Assembly (NCBI GenBank): GCA_034659915.1 | Contig: JAYEID010000013.1 | Coordinates: 74,917-138,916, forward strand | Direction: 5' to 3' | Length of the DNA: 64,000 nt | From: Patescibacteria group bacterium | GTDB taxonomy: Bacteria; Patescibacteriota; WWE3; JAUXAW01; JAYEID01 | Part shown: positions 46,617 to 55,784 of the stretch, one piece after another | Layout of the letters: each line of letters starts with the position of its first letter | Position numbering within the stretch: position 1 is the stretch's first letter | The notes under the pieces: generated by a model | Databases searched by the model: none | Told to the model about the DNA's origin: nothing | The model's input: the letters and a program-made list of their open reading frames with translations, nothing else | Program-made: the position numbers and the translations under genes

Positions 46617-48095
46617 ATGCCGCAGCCAATTGAAGAACTTAAGCGCGTTCGTATAGAAAAATTGGAAAAATTAAGAGACTTGGGAATTGATCCCTATCCC
46701 GCTAGTTGGAAGTTTTTTGATTCTAGAATTTCCAACCAAGAGTTGAGGGAGAAAGACTTGGGTTCAGAAGTAGTGGCGGTTGGAAGAATCCGTGCTACGC
46801 GCGGTCACGGTGGAATAGTTTTTGTTGATATTTATGACGAAAGTGGAAAAATCCAGGTTTGTTTTAGAGAAGATGGATTTAATCCCCAAGGTCCTTGGGA
46901 GTTCAACAACTTAAACCTTTTGGATTTAGGAGACTTTATCGGGGTACGAGGTGAGCTTTTTAAAACTGAGGCTGGTGAGCTTACTATACTGGTAGAAGAT
47001 TTGAAACTCCTCTCTAAAACTATTCGTCCCCTTCCTTCTGAATGGTATGGTCTTAAAGATAAAGAAGAACGTTACCGAAAACGATACTTAGACCTTATTA
47101 TGAATCCCGAAGTACGGGAGGTTTTCCGAAAGCGAACGAAGATTCTGACCTTGCTCCGAAAGTATTTAGACAACCATGGATTTATGGAAGTAGAGACTCC
47201 TATTCTTCAGCCTATTTATGGCGGGGCTTCTGCTCGACCTTTTGTAACTCATTTGGAAGCTTTGGATACAGATTTTTACCTCCGGATTTCTAATGAGCTT
47301 TATCTTAAGAGGCTAGTTGTGGGGGGTTTTGAAAAAGTTTATGAAGTTTCCAAAGATTTTCGTAATGAGGGTATTGATCGGCAACACAGTCCGGAATTTA
47401 CTCAAATTGAGTTTTATTGGGCGTATGCGGATTACGAAGATTTAATGGATTTTATAGAAGAGATGCTTTGTTCTGTGATTGAGGAAATTTGCGGTTCATT
47501 GGAAGTAGAGTTTGGGGAGGAGAAACTTGATTTTACTTCGCCCTGGAACCGAATAACCTATCGCGATTTAGTCTTGGAACAGACTGGTATTGATATAGAC
47601 AAAGTAACCACGGAGAAAGCGCTTCTTAGTGAGCTTAAGGAGAAAGACTTGTCTATTGATTTGGAAGGTGCGGTGGGCTACGGTGCTGTTCTTGATAACC
47701 TCTATAAAGAGTACTGCCAACCAACTTTAGTTCAGCCCACATTTCTAATTGAACATCCAGCCGAACTTATGCCCCTTGCAAAAAGAATGTCGGACGATCC
47801 TTCTAAAATCCAAAGTGTTCAACTGTTGGTTTCAGGATATGAGTTGATTAAAGCTTACAGCGAGTTAAATGATCCTCAGGATCAAAGAGAACGTTGGGAA
47901 GAGCAGGAAGGTTTAGCAGCAAAGGGTTTAGAGGAGCATGAAGCTCTGGATGAAGATTACATTGAGGCTTTAGAATACGGTATGCCTCCTACTGCGGGGT
48001 GGGGGATGGGAATTGATAGGTTAACAGCAATTCTTACCAATCAGCCTTCAATTCGGGATGTAATCCTTTTTCCGTTGATGCGCCCAGAGAAATAG
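46617..48095 (+). CDS. lysS: Lysine-tRNA ligase class II
   Basis: RYRKRYLDL, YGGASARPF, FRNEGID, YGMPPTAGWGMGIDR. Confidence 0.98.
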   Translation: MPQPIEELKRVRIEKLEKLRDLGIDPYPASWKFFDSRISNQELREKDLGSEVVAVGRIRATRGHGGIVFVDIYDESGKIQVCFREDGFNPQGPWEFNNLNLLDLGDFIGVRGELFKTEAGELTILVEDLKLLSKTIRPLPSEWYGLKDKEERYRKRYLDLIMNPEVREVFRKRTKILTLLRKYLDNHGFMEVETPILQPIYGGASARPFVTHLEALDTDFYLRISNELYLKRLVVGGFEKVYEVSKDFRNEGIDRQHSPEFTQIEFYWAYADYEDLMDFIEEMLCSVIEEICGSLEVEFGEEKLDFTSPWNRITYRDLVLEQTGIDIDKVTTEKALLSELKEKDLSIDLEGAVGYGAVLDNLYKEYCQPTLVQPTFLIEHPAELMPLAKRMSDDPSKIQSVQLLVSGYELIKAYSELNDPQDQRERWEEQEGLAAKGLEEHEALDEDYIEALEYGMPPTAGWGMGIDRLTAILTNQPSIRDVILFPLMRPEK

Positions 48096-48276
48096 CATGA
48101 GAATGCTACCTAGCAAGGACGGGTCTTGCGAGGGCTGTTATCATTCAATTCGGGATGTAATTCTCTAATTCTCTTTAACCTCATGCGTCCTGAAAAGTAG
48201 TTTTAAGGTGAGTTTTTTATTGAAAACTGCTATAATTTTTCTAGTGATGCAGGTTAAATCCTGTTAGAAGAGGAGG

Positions 48277-48720
48277 TTGGTGGTGATGTCTAGGCAAGAG
48301 GATTTAGGTGGGGATGCCATTGTTCATGCAAGTTTGGCAGTTTTGAGTATTTTGTCGTTTTTGGGCGGATGTTTGTTGTTAGGAATTGCTTTCGCAGGTA
48401 CACTTAGTAGTGGTTATTGGATTAGCGCTCTTCGGGATGTGGGCTGGGGTTTGGAGATTGCTGCAATTACGTTAGTGAGTACCTTTCTTTGGGGTATTCT
48501 TAGCGTAATTGTTTCCCTTGCCAGTGCTGTGGTTACATCCTGGTTTAGGCAATATTTCTTGCTTTCTTTTTTTCGCAAAGTCGTTGCGTTTTTACCAGTA
48601 TTGAACCTTGGCTTTGTGCTATTTCTGTGGTTTGGTGCTTTTTTAATGACATTTTTGGTTCTGCTTGCTATTTTGGTAATGCTACCTTTTGTCCTTGTGC
48701 TCTTTTTGATTAAATGGTAG
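48277..48720 (+). CDS. Hypothetical membrane protein
   Basis: Hydrophobic 147-aa ORF, SD GAGGAGG. Confidence 0.65.
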   Translation: MVVMSRQEDLGGDAIVHASLAVLSILSFLGGCLLLGIAFAGTLSSGYWISALRDVGWGLEIAAITLVSTFLWGILSVIVSLASAVVTSWFRQYFLLSFFRKVVAFLPVLNLGFVLFLWFGAFLMTFLVLLAILVMLPFVLVLFLIKW

Positions 48721-48833
48721 GAATGAGATTGGTCAAGTAGGTCAAGTAATGACTTCTCAATTTTCCTTGCGCACCTCTAGGAGGAGAGCCTTTTAGAGGT
48801 GTTTTTTCTTTGTTAGAATGTCCTTACATTGCA

Positions 48834-49412
48834 ATGATTACCAAGGAACGTGCTTTAGAGATTTTAAAAGGAAATATTGAAAACGAAAACCTCCGAAAGC
48901 ACCATTATGCAGTAGCTGCTGCTATGCGTGCCCTTCATAACTATTTTGAGGAAAAAGGAGAAACTTGTACTGAGCCTGTCGAAGCATGGGAGATTGTCGG
49001 ACTTTTACACGATGCGGATTATGAAGAAACTAAAAATGATCCAGAAAATCACACTTTGGTTTTAGCAGAGCAGTTGGAGGAAGAGGGTGTTTCGGAAAAG
49101 ATAATTCGGGCTATAAAAGCACATAATTGTGAATATACACATACAGAACCGCAGAGCAAGCTTGAATGGTCGCTTATTGCTTGTGATGACTTGACTGGCC
49201 TTGTTGTTGCTGTGGCTTTAGTTCACCCCACTAAATTAGAAGGTGTTTCGGTGGAGTCAGTAATGAAAAAGTTTGATTCCTCTTCTTTTGCAGCTGGTGC
49301 TGACCGGGAAAGAATTGTTCTTTGCGAAGAAAAGCTCGGAATTCCCCTCGAAGACTTTGTTGGTATTGTTCTCTCTGCAATGAAACAAGACCGCGATCAG
49401 CTGGGATTGTGA
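48834..49412 (+). CDS. HD-domain phosphohydrolase
   Basis: NLRKH, GLLHDADYE, AH, D.LTG, FAAGADR. Confidence 0.9.
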   Translation: MITKERALEILKGNIENENLRKHHYAVAAAMRALHNYFEEKGETCTEPVEAWEIVGLLHDADYEETKNDPENHTLVLAEQLEEEGVSEKIIRAIKAHNCEYTHTEPQSKLEWSLIACDDLTGLVVAVALVHPTKLEGVSVESVMKKFDSSSFAAGADRERIVLCEEKLGIPLEDFVGIVLSAMKQDRDQLGL

Positions 49413-49465
49413 AGGCGACTCTCCTTTATTAGGGTACTAAAAGATGCCAAAGGTTCTATATGAAC

Positions 49466-49491
49466 GTACTAACATGCTAGCATGTTAGTAT
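49466..49491. promoter_or_regulatory. Tandem TrpR-type operator upstream of EamA gene
   Basis: GTACT-AACATGCT-AGCAT overlapping ATGCT-AGCATGTT-AGTAT (8-bp offset). Confidence 0.6.
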
Positions 49492-49526
49492 ATTACAATT
49501 TTATTTAACTTGATACGAAGCATTTT

Positions 49527-50375
49527 ATGTATATATTTATTCTTGTTGTCATAGTTTCTAGTGGTTTAGCTTCTATTACCTTGCGGTTACTTGGTCGTGA
49601 TGAGCCGCGTGGCGAACTTCCTGCCTTTCTTTTTCAATTTATTAGCGCGCTTTTTTTCTTGCCGTTTGTGCGTGAAGTTCCGTCTCTTTCTTCGGTCTGG
49701 TTTTTTCCTTTTTTAGCGAGTGTGTTTTATGGCTTGGGAAACATCTTTATGTTCAAGGCATTTGAGAAGGGGGAGGTTTCTTTACTTGCGCCTTTGGGTA
49801 ATTTAGGTCCGGTTTTGACTTTACTCTTTTCGGTAGTTTTACTCGGAGAAGGTTTTAGTTGGGCAAAAGTTTTGGGAACTTTGCTTGTTGTTTTTGGTTT
49901 AGCTTTTTTGAAAAAGGGGGAGAATTTTCTCCGATCGTTAGAAGCACTAATTCGGGACAGAAATTGCCGGTTTTACTTTTTGTTTCTAATCTTTTTTAAC
50001 ATTGCCGGTGTGTTTGATAAAAAAGCCACTCCTTACTTTGCCACGACCACCTACAGTTTTGTTCAGTTCTTTTTGCCCTCTTTGATGGTTTTAGCTTATC
50101 TTATTGCCCGGGGTAATTTTGGTAATCTAGTATTATTTACTAAAGTAAGGCTCCCCTTGGCTGTTCTCACTTCGTTAGTGATAAGCATTCGTTACGCAAG
50201 CTTTTATACTGCGATAACAAGTGCAGAGTTAAGTCTTGTTACTCCGCTGTTTTCGCTTAGTACGTTTGTTTCTCTTTTTCTCGCTTCCTGGTGGCTAAAA
50301 GAAAAGGTGGAACAGCGCTGGGCCGCCGCACTTTTTACAGTTCTTGGTTCCGCTTTACTTCTTCATAAACTTTAA
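49527..50375 (+). CDS. EamA/DMT family transporter
   Basis: About ten TMs, GEVSLLAPL, LLGEGFS, LKEK repeats. Confidence 0.88.
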   Translation: MYIFILVVIVSSGLASITLRLLGRDEPRGELPAFLFQFISALFFLPFVREVPSLSSVWFFPFLASVFYGLGNIFMFKAFEKGEVSLLAPLGNLGPVLTLLFSVVLLGEGFSWAKVLGTLLVVFGLAFLKKGENFLRSLEALIRDRNCRFYFLFLIFFNIAGVFDKKATPYFATTTYSFVQFFLPSLMVLAYLIARGNFGNLVLFTKVRLPLAVLTSLVISIRYASFYTAITSAELSLVTPLFSLSTFVSLFLASWWLKEKVEQRWAAALFTVLGSALLLHKL

Positions 50376-50422
50376 ATTGCTCTTAGTGCGATACTAGGTT
50401 TGTGTTTGTACCCTGGCTTATA

Positions 50423-50450
50423 TGAACGTACTAACATGTTAGTACGTTCA
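50423..50450. promoter_or_regulatory. Perfect 28-bp palindrome with TrpR-type core
   Basis: TGAACGTACT-AACATGTT-AGTACGTTCA. Confidence 0.6.
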
Positions 50451-50506
50451 CATGTTAACATTCTATAACACGCTGCCTGTTTACAATTGGGTATATAGTT
50501 GTTCTT

Positions 50507-50935
50507 TCAAAAAGGAATTCCGGTTTTTGCTAGTTTTTCTCGTGAACTCATTTTTTCTTCAATTTTTCGCATTTCGTCTTTTTCTAGTTCATCTTTGTCT
50601 GGCTTTTTGGGATATAGAATCTTTAATACCAATTCCAGACCCCCTTCACCGAAGTATAGCCTCTTTGCAATTTTGGTAACTGTAGTAGTTGTTGTTTCCA
50701 ACTCTTCTGCGATTTGTTCATATGTTTGTTCCTCTTGCCAGAGTTTTTCGGCAATATGCCAGCGCAGACCCAACATTCTAAGTTCGTTATCCGTAAGAAT
50801 GTCACGAAAAAATTTGGCCTGATCACGAAGGTTTTGTGTTTTGAGGGCCGCAACGAAGAACCCCTTCATTTCCTCGTTCATCCAGGGAAATTCTTTGTTT
50901 TTTTCTTTTGGCAACTTAACTTTAACTCGCGGCAC
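50507..50935 (-). CDS. TrpR-like (YerC/YecD) repressor
   Basis: FFRDILT.NEL..L..RW.IA.L, TYEQIA...TTTVTK, G.GG; SD GAGGTG before GTG 50935. Confidence 0.88.
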   Translation of the reverse strand: MPRVKVKLPKEKNKEFPWMNEEMKGFFVAALKTQNLRDQAKFFRDILTDNELRMLGLRWHIAEKLWQEEQTYEQIAEELETTTTTVTKIAKRLYFGEGGLELVLKILYPKKPDKDELEKDEMRKIEEKMSSREKLAKTGIPF

Positions 50936-50988
50936 GGTTATCACCTCTTTCTAAGATTATTAGTAGTAATTAGGATGGTCGCATCTTT

Positions 50989-51006
50989 ATACTAACATAC
51001 TAGTAC
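50989..51006. promoter_or_regulatory. TrpR-type operator over the repressor's own promoter
   Basis: ATACT-AACATACT-AGTAC overlapping minus-strand TAGTAT/TATAAA. Confidence 0.6.
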
Positions 51007-51124
51007 GTGAGTATGAGTTTAGTTTAGGGTCTAGAAGTTGATCTGGTTCTTTTTTCTTTTTTCTTTTTTCTTTTTTTCTTTTTTTCTTTTCTATACTTTT
51101 TTGGTGTGCTACTATGGCAGTTAG

Positions 51125-52393
51125 ATGCTAGATATTGATTTTATTCGTAACAATCCAGATACGGTGCGGAGGGGTTTACAAGCCAAGCAAGCTAATCCTT
51201 CTTTGGTTGATAAAACTCTTGAGTTGGACAAAGAACGGCGTGAGCTTTTGCAAGAGGTAGAAAAACTGCGGCATGAGATAAATGAAATTAGTAATATTCA
51301 GGAAAAGCCATCTGCAGATGATATTGAGAGAGCTAAAAAGTTAAAGAATCAGCTAAGAAAACTTGAACCAAAGCTTCGGGAGGTTGAAGAAAGGTTTAAG
51401 GAAGTTTGGCAACAAATTCCAAATATGCCTGCTGAAGATGTTCCTCGGGGGGAAAGTGAAGAAGAAAATGTTGAGGTTAAAAAGTGGGGTAAGCCACGGG
51501 ATTTTGATTTTGAACCTAAGCCTTATTGGGAGCTAGGCGAAAGCTTGAGAATTATAGATAAAGAAAGGGCAGCTAAAGTTTCCGGAGCCCGCTTTGGTTA
51601 TCTAAAAGGAGCTGCAGTTTTGTTGGAGTTTGCCTTAGTTGACTTAGCAATAAAGAACCTTCTTTGGGAGGGTTTTCTTCCTGTAATTCCACCCGTAATG
51701 ATAAATGATAAAGCCATGCGTGCCATGGGTTATTTGGAACATGGCGGTGAGCAGGAGACTTATCATTTTGAAAAAGACCAGCTTTATTTAATTGGGACTT
51801 CGGAGCAAGCAGTTGGTCCTATGCATATGAATGAGGTTTTGGAGGAGGGTACGTTGCCACGGCGTTATGTTGCTTTTTCTACTTGTTTTCGGCGCGAGGC
51901 TGGTAGCTATGGCAAAGATACTAAGGGTATTTTTCGAGTTCATCAATTTGATAAGGTAGAGATGTTTTCTTTTACCCATCCGGAAGGATCCGAGGAGGAA
52001 CACGACTTTCTCCTCTCTGTGCAAGAAAACCTAATGCAAGAACTAGAAATTCCTTACCAAGTGACAGAAATGTGTACTGGTGACCTGGGTGCTCCAGCAG
52101 CTAGAAAGTATGATATTAATGCCTGGTTCCCTTCACAAGATTGTTATCGGGAGACGCATTCTGCCAGCAATTGTACAGACTTTCAGGCTCGAAGGCTTAA
52201 TGTAAAATACCAAAATGAAAAAGGTGAGAAAGATTTTGTTCATACCTTGAACGGTACTGCGTTTGCTATTGGTAGGACAGTTTTGGCTATTTTAGAGAAC
52301 TACCAACAAGAGGATGGTTCGGTATTGATACCAGAAGCTTTGGAACCTATGGTGGAAATGGGAGTGATTCAGCCTGTCCCAAGTAAATTGTAG
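51125..52393 (+). CDS. serS: Serine-tRNA ligase
   Basis: MLDIDFIR, IGTSE, CFRREAGSYG, RVHQFDKVE, HTLNGT. Confidence 0.98.
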   Translation: MLDIDFIRNNPDTVRRGLQAKQANPSLVDKTLELDKERRELLQEVEKLRHEINEISNIQEKPSADDIERAKKLKNQLRKLEPKLREVEERFKEVWQQIPNMPAEDVPRGESEEENVEVKKWGKPRDFDFEPKPYWELGESLRIIDKERAAKVSGARFGYLKGAAVLLEFALVDLAIKNLLWEGFLPVIPPVMINDKAMRAMGYLEHGGEQETYHFEKDQLYLIGTSEQAVGPMHMNEVLEEGTLPRRYVAFSTCFRREAGSYGKDTKGIFRVHQFDKVEMFSFTHPEGSEEEHDFLLSVQENLMQELEIPYQVTEMCTGDLGAPAARKYDINAWFPSQDCYRETHSASNCTDFQARRLNVKYQNEKGEKDFVHTLNGTAFAIGRTVLAILENYQQEDGSVLIPEALEPMVEMGVIQPVPSKL

Positions 52394-52432
52394 GTCGAAG
52401 TTAATAGCTATTGCAGAATAATCCTGCTAAAC

Positions 52433-53146
52433 ATGAGTTTACTAAAATCAATCTTTCCTCAGGTCTTATTTCGGGAAAAATCACCTATTTATGGAACAGT
52501 TGAAGTTGTTCAGGCTGGGAGTGAGCGCCAGCTTTTGGTTAATGGTGTTCGCCAGTCTGTTGATAAGAATGCTTCTAATATTGGTCAGCGTTATTGGTCG
52601 CGGGTGGTTGATATAGCGTACGAGTATCAGGGTAAAAGATTGGAAAAATTTTTGATTTTAGGTTTGGGTGGGGGTACAGTAGCTCACTTTATTTGTAAAA
52701 AGTTTCCCAATTCTAGAATTGACGGGGTGGAGCTTGATCCAGTTGTGTTGGAAGTGGGGGAAAGGTTTTTTGGGTTGGCAGAGGTTCCGGGTTTGCATAT
52801 TGTTCAGGGGGACGCCTTTGACGTGGTAGATAATCCAGATCGTTATGAGCTTAGCTTTTCTTCTTACGACCTTATTTTTGTTGATGTGTTCCAAGGTGGT
52901 AATTTTCCAGATAAGTTCAAAAAAATAGAGTTTTTTGAAAAGACTAAGAAGTTACTTTCGTCCGGAGGATTGGTGGTTTATAATCAAACAACGCGTTCTT
53001 CGGTTGACAAGTCTCTAAAATCTTTTGAAAAAGGGGTTTCTAAGGTTTTTGTTCCAATAAAGAAACAAGAGGTTGGAGCATCTTTAGGCTTTTCCAATTT
53101 TTTATTCTTTTGTACGCATTTTTCTCGCGGAAGTAGTTGTGGCTGA
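52433..53146 (+). CDS. Spermidine synthase-like SAM-binding protein
   Basis: LILGLGGG, VELDP, GDA, YDLIFVDVF. Confidence 0.85.
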   Translation: MSLLKSIFPQVLFREKSPIYGTVEVVQAGSERQLLVNGVRQSVDKNASNIGQRYWSRVVDIAYEYQGKRLEKFLILGLGGGTVAHFICKKFPNSRIDGVELDPVVLEVGERFFGLAEVPGLHIVQGDAFDVVDNPDRYELSFSSYDLIFVDVFQGGNFPDKFKKIEFFEKTKKLLSSGGLVVYNQTTRSSVDKSLKSFEKGVSKVFVPIKKQEVGASLGFSNFLFFCTHFSRGSSCG

Positions 53147-53663
53147 TTTTTTAATTTTAGCTATAGGCAAATATTTGGTGTTTGTTTTCCTTTTGCCGCT
53201 TGTTTACTTTTGGCTTAAGGGAAAAAAAAGTGTTGTTTTTCAAGCCTTGTTAGCTGTACTTATTGCTAACATACTTTCATTGTTGGTTGGGATTGTATTT
53301 CCGGCACTCAGACCTTTTGAATTAGCAGAGACTTCTCCACGAGTTCCAATCTTTTTTTTGGAGCAGAACTCTAGATTTCGAACTACCTCTTTTCCTTCTA
53401 AGCATGCAGCTGCTAGTGCTGCTATTGCCTTTTCTGTTTTAGTGGATAATAAACTTTTGGGTTTGGTTCTGTTGGCTTTTGCGCTGTCTGTAGGCGCAGG
53501 CAGAGTGTGGGCGTTTGTCCACCGTTGGTTCGATGTTGTTGGTGGTTTTGGGTTGGGGTTGTTTGCAGCGTTTGTTGCTAGATTTGTGGTGAACCACAAG
53601 GTTATTGGTAGTTTTATGGCTAAGATGGAGGCAAAGTTACCTCCATACCCAACTCATGAATAG
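53139..53663 (+). CDS. PAP2 family (BcrC-like) phosphatase
   Basis: RPF, SFPSKH, GRV...VH..DV. Confidence 0.88.
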   Translation: MADFLILAIGKYLVFVFLLPLVYFWLKGKKSVVFQALLAVLIANILSLLVGIVFPALRPFELAETSPRVPIFFLEQNSRFRTTSFPSKHAAASAAIAFSVLVDNKLLGLVLLAFALSVGAGRVWAFVHRWFDVVGGFGLGLFAAFVARFVVNHKVIGSFMAKMEAKLPPYPTHE

Positions 53664-54477
53664 TTTTCAAGCTTTTGTACTAGGTATTGTCCAGGGCATA
53701 ACTGAGTTTTTTCCGGTATCCTCTTCGGGGCATCTTATTCTTTTACCCAAGGTCTTTGGTTGGAAGGAGCAGTCTTTGGCTTTGGACGCTTTCTTGCATC
53801 TAGGAACTGGCATTGCTGTTCTCTTTTATTTTCGTAAAGAATGGTGGGGGATGTTTACGTCGTTGTTTACGGATTTAAAACAAGGTGTTTTTACGGATGC
53901 TGTAGTTCAGATTCCATTCTCTGAGTTTTCGGCTGATTCTCGCCAACTTGTTTTTCTTGTTCTGGCTTCTATTCCGGCGGGTATGGTTGGGATTCTTTTA
54001 AACGATTGGGTGGGAGCAAATTTGCGTTCCCCAAAAATAATTGCTGGTGCGCTTTTAATTGTAGCTTTAATAATGATTATTGCTGATACAGTTGGACTAC
54101 GTGTTTTGGAGGAGTTACGACTTATACCATCTCTGGAGATTGGCTTTTCGCAGATTTTGGCACTGATTCCGGGTGTATCCCGTTCGGGGATTACGATTTC
54201 CGCGGGACTTTTTTCGGGGTTGACTGTCCAATCTGCAACGCGTTTTTCATTTCTTTTGGCAACGCCGGTAGTTTTGGGAGCGGGACTCTGGGGTCTTTTT
54301 ACTTTGACGTCGCTTGATACCTCTTTTTCGGTTCTGGTTACGGGTTTTGTGTCTTCTTTTCTTTTTGGTTTTATAGCTATTGAATTTTTTCTGGGTTTGG
54401 TGGATAATATAGGTCTAGTACCCTTTGCTGTTTATAGAATAGTTTTGGCTTTGGTTGTGTTTCTTCTATTCATTTAA
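53656..54477 (+). CDS. uppP: Undecaprenyl-diphosphatase
   Basis: QGITEFFPVSSSGH, HLGT, IPGVSRSGIT, FSFLL. Confidence 0.96.
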   Translation: MNSFQAFVLGIVQGITEFFPVSSSGHLILLPKVFGWKEQSLALDAFLHLGTGIAVLFYFRKEWWGMFTSLFTDLKQGVFTDAVVQIPFSEFSADSRQLVFLVLASIPAGMVGILLNDWVGANLRSPKIIAGALLIVALIMIIADTVGLRVLEELRLIPSLEIGFSQILALIPGVSRSGITISAGLFSGLTVQSATRFSFLLATPVVLGAGLWGLFTLTSLDTSFSVLVTGFVSSFLFGFIAIEFFLGLVDNIGLVPFAVYRIVLALVVFLLFI

Positions 54478-54505
54478 TGGTCTCTTTGAGGGGTGGTGAG
54501 GGTAT

Positions 54506-54757
54506 GTGATACTAAAAGAGTTGTTGCAATGGTACCGCTGTAATTGTCGTGATAATGAGCTTTACTTTGGGCATTGTAATTGTTGCGGGAACTTTATTGT
54601 TAATCGCAAGCCCTTTTTAGTACCTGATTTGGACGGAAATAGTAATAGTTCATATTACTATTGTTGTTCCCTTAAGTGCGCTCTTCGCAAGGCAAATCAA
54701 GTTGACCCGGATTGGGTTTGTGACGTATTAATGCGTTTCCGCGAAAATGATAACTAG
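54506..54757 (+). CDS. Small Cys-rich hypothetical protein
   Basis: CNC, CNCCG, YCCSLKC; followed by terminator GAGCCTGAGG/CCTTCAGGCTC-T-run. Confidence 0.55.
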   Translation: MILKELLQWYRCNCRDNELYFGHCNCCGNFIVNRKPFLVPDLDGNSNSSYYYCCSLKCALRKANQVDPDWVCDVLMRFRENDN

Positions 54758-54896
54758 GTAGCATTTGAGCCTGAGGGTGTTCGAAAAAAGCCTTCAGGCT
54801 CTTTTATTTTGTAATATCTACAGATATAGGATATAATTAAGCTACTGGAATAAGATTTCGTTCGAGGTTGGCAGGTTTACAAGAAAGGAGCTGAGA

Positions 54897-55139
54897 GTGG
54901 CTATGCGTACTAAAGCAGCACTTCGTCAGATGAGCATTTCCGAGCTCCGAGGATACCGCCGGGAGGTGGAAGGTCGCTTGGAGCGGGCGCAAGAGGGTCT
55001 GTCCCCTTACAGTATGGAGGACATAGACCGAGAGCTGGATCGGATTGATGCTGTTATCGCGGAGAAAGAAGCAGAATCCCGTGATCAGAAGAAATCCGAA
55101 CCAAGCTCGGGGGCCAGCCAGCTAAAGTTGGACCTCTAG
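54897..55139 (+). CDS. Small helical hypothetical protein ending QLKLDL
   Basis: TATAAT promoter, SD AAGGAG. Confidence 0.65.
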   Translation: MAMRTKAALRQMSISELRGYRREVEGRLERAQEGLSPYSMEDIDRELDRIDAVIAEKEAESRDQKKSEPSSGASQLKLDL

Positions 55140-55148
55140 GAGGCCCTA

Positions 55149-55340
55149 ATGAATATGAGTAGATTTGAATTGGGAGATCGAATCTGCGGGGTACACGAGA
55201 TTCTGAGTGTGTTGCGCAGCCTTCCAGGAGGAGCGGACGCGGAGGTTCAGAAGCACTGGGAGAAGCGATTGAAAATGCTGGAGGAGGCGGGGGATGAAAA
55301 AAGTGCCTTACAGGATTGTTCGAAAAGTGCGCGTAGGTGA
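55149..55340 (+). CDS. Small hypothetical protein
   Basis: SD AGGAGG overlapping previous stop. Confidence 0.55.
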   Translation: MNMSRFELGDRICGVHEILSVLRSLPGGADAEVQKHWEKRLKMLEEAGDEKSALQDCSKSARR

Positions 55341-55698
55341 ATCTCGGTCCCCCAAGAATAAGAAAGAGGTGGATCTTCCGCGGGATTTGGAAGAAGAGCT
55401 TCTTTCTTCTCTGGAGGCTTACTTGCCGGAGGAAGGCGTTGCGATTACGGAGGGGGTTTTTCCTCCCGGAGCATCGGAGCCCTACATTGCGGAAGCAGGG
55501 GCTTATCAACATGCCTGGCGCGCTTACAGCGCTGCTTGGCAGATGTTTGGTTTGGGAGCAACTAAGGAGCAGGTGGGGAGAATTGCTTGGCGGAAGCTGG
55601 GGATTTTTTCTCCCTTTGCACAAAAAGCTCTTAACCTACCCAAGCGCCCAGAGGACGTAGCTTCTTGGCTTTGGCACTTAGTCAAAAACGACAACTGA
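55294..55698 (+). CDS. Hypothetical protein
   Basis: SD GGAGG; followed by hairpin AGCCCGAG...CTCGGGCT-TTT. Confidence 0.6.
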   Translation: MKKVPYRIVRKVRVGESRSPKNKKEVDLPRDLEEELLSSLEAYLPEEGVAITEGVFPPGASEPYIAEAGAYQHAWRAYSAAWQMFGLGATKEQVGRIAWRKLGIFSPFAQKALNLPKRPEDVASWLWHLVKNDN

Positions 55699-55784
55699 GT
55701 TGTCGTTTGCAAAGAAATAGCCCGAGGGCTGAGGTGCGGTACAGACCGCGACCCAGAACTCGGGCTTTTGATTTTGTTCGGAAT

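Noticed and set aside
52433-54477. Methyltransferase-PAP2-uppP as a novel pathway
   Set aside because: Adequately explained as ordinary undecaprenyl-phosphate recycling genes
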